Source of the DNA: Eledone cirrhosa
Taxonomy: Eukaryota
Direction of reading: 5' to 3'
NCBI GenBank assembly: GCA_964016885.1
Contig: OZ024766.1
Location: forward strand, 11,036,001-11,100,000
DNA: 64,000 nt
Below the pieces are notes generated by a model. The model saw only the letters and a program-made list of their open reading frames with translations, was not told the origin of the DNA and did not search any database. Shown one piece after another: positions 61,675-64,000 of the stretch. Each line of letters opens with the position of its first letter. Position 1 is the stretch's first letter. A program made the translations under genes and the position numbers.

Positions 61675-63680
61675 TGTGGTGGTGGTGGTGTGGTGGTGGT
61701 GATGTGGTGGTGTGGTGGTGGTGGTGGTGATGGTGGTGGTGTGGTGGTGGTGATGTGGTGGTGGTGGTGATGGTGGTGGTGTGGTGGTGATGTGGTGGTG
61801 GTGGTGATGTGGTGGTGGTGGTGATGGTGGTGGTGTGGTGGTGGTGGTGTGGTGGTGGTGGTGTGGTGGTGGTGATGATGGTGGTGATGTGGTGGTGGTG
61901 GTGATGGTGGTGGTGTGGTGGTGGTGATGTGGTGGTGGTGGTGATGTGGTGGTGGTGGTGATGGTGGTGGTGTGGTGGTGGTGATGGTGGTGGTGTGGTG
62001 GTGGTGGTGTGGTGGTGGTGATGGTGGTGGTGGTGGTGGTGATGTGGTGGTGGTGGTGTGGTGGTGGTGGTGATGGTGGTGGTGTGGTGGTGGTGATGTG
62101 GTGGTGGTGGTAGTGGTGGTGTTGCTAGTGCTGGTGATGGCGTGTTATTGCTAACATCACAACACCATACCATCATCACCACCACCACCATCTCACCACA
62201 ACCACTACCACACCACTACCAACACCTCCACAACCTCTACCACCTCCACACCATACCACAACCACCACCACCACTACCACAACCACACCACACCACCACC
62301 ACTACACCACAACTACCACCACACCACACCACCACACCACCACCAACACTACACCACAACTACTAACACACGACACCACCACCACTAACAACACTACCAC
62401 ACCACCACCACACCACAAACACCACTACCACAACCACTACACCACAACTACTAACACACCACACCACCACCACTACCAACACTACACCACTACCAACACT
62501 ACACCACCACCACACCACTACCAACACTACACCACCACCACCACCACTACCAACACTACACCACAACTACTAATACACCATACCACCACCACTACCACCA
62601 CCACTACCAACACTACACCACAACTACTAATACACCATACCACCACCACACCACCACCACTACCAACACTACACCACACCACCACCACTACCAACACTAC
62701 ACCACAACTACTAACACACCACTACCACACCACCACCACTACCACACCACAAACACCACCACCACCACTACCAACACTACACCACCACTACTAACACACC
62801 ATACCACCACCACTACCAACACTACACCACCACCACTACCAACACTACACCACAACTACTAACACACCACTACCAACACTACACCACAACTACTAACACA
62901 CCACTACCAACACTACACCACAACTACTAACACACCACACCACCACCACTACCAACACTACACCACACCACCACCACACCACTACCAACACTACACCACC
63001 ACCACCACCACTACCAACACTACACCACAACTACTAACACACCATACCACCACCACTACCAACACTACACCACCACCACTACCAACACTACACCACCACT
63101 ACCAACACTACACCACAACTACTAACACACCACTACCAACACTACACCACACCACCACCACTACCAACACTACACCACCACCACACCACTACCACCACCA
63201 CCACCACTACCAACCACTACCACACCACCACTACCACCACTACCACACCACAAACACCACCACACCACCACCACTACCAACACTACACCACAACTACTAA
63301 CACACCACTACCACCACCCCACCACCACTACCACACCACAAACACCACCACCACCACCACCACCAACACTACACCACAACTACTAACACACCACTACCAC
63401 CACCCCACCACCACTACCACAAACACCACCACCACTACCACCACTACCAACACTACACCACAACTACTAACACACCACTACCACCACCCCACCCCACCAC
63501 CACACCACACCACCACCACTACCAACACTACACCACAACTACTAACACACCACTACCACCACCCCACCACCACTACCACACCACAAACACCACCACCACC
63601 ACTACCAACACTACACCACTACCACTACCAACACTACCACCACTACACCACCACCACCACACTACCACACTACCACCACT
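61675..63680. repeat. (GGT)n then (CAC/CTAC)n low-complexity tracts
   Basis: Direct inspection. Confidence 0.9.
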
Positions 63681-64000
63681 ACCCCCCCCTCCTCCCTCAG
63701 TCCCCCTTTGTTCTATGTCCAATCAACCAATCCTTAGGCAAGGACACTCCACACTCCCTCTCCACGTCCAACACACATCAAAGGAGTATGATACTCAGCC
63801 TGCTAGAAATAGCAGCTAAACTGTTTGATCAGCGCTCTCTGAGTGTCTGGTGGATCAGAACCTGGCCCGGGGCTAAACACCTACATCATCACCACCATCA
63901 TCATCATCACTGTTATCAATACTACCACTGCTACTACTACTGCTGCTGCTGCTGCTACTACTACTGCTATCACCACCACCACCACTACTACTACTACTAC

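Noticed and set aside
51814-64000. Further upstream IFT172 exons
   Set aside because: No segment with matching peptide and splice sites was recognised by eye; a small exon could have been missed. The same holds for 1-9272.

Overview
Eukaryotic, microsatellite-saturated genomic DNA. The SINE/RTE repertoire suggests an octopus or other cephalopod; this is an inference. The window appears to lie inside one minus-strand gene, IFT172. I could assemble 13 consecutive GT-AG exons with consistent phases (51813 down to 9273) encoding the C-terminal TPR/alpha-solenoid region; the remaining exons lie outside the window. The introns hold: a full-length two-ORF Tx1-type L1-clade retrotransposon and three relatives, all inserted into GACA/GATA microsatellites (two with visible ~20-22 bp TSDs); an intact RTE LINE with C-terminal C2H2 fingers; RTE fragments and their partner CORE-type SINEs; a DD37D mariner remnant; and several satellites. 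The least expected signals are: (1) about ten type I hammerhead-ribozyme motifs from several unrelated non-coding repeat families, many inside (TA)n-flanked foldbacks, including a 594-nt retrozyme-like unit with a U3:A8 core; (2) GACA/GATA-targeting Tx1 elements; (3) five near-perfect tandem copies of an IFT172 splice acceptor plus exon start, placed upstream of the real exon. Most ORFs in the supplied track are translations of simple repeats.
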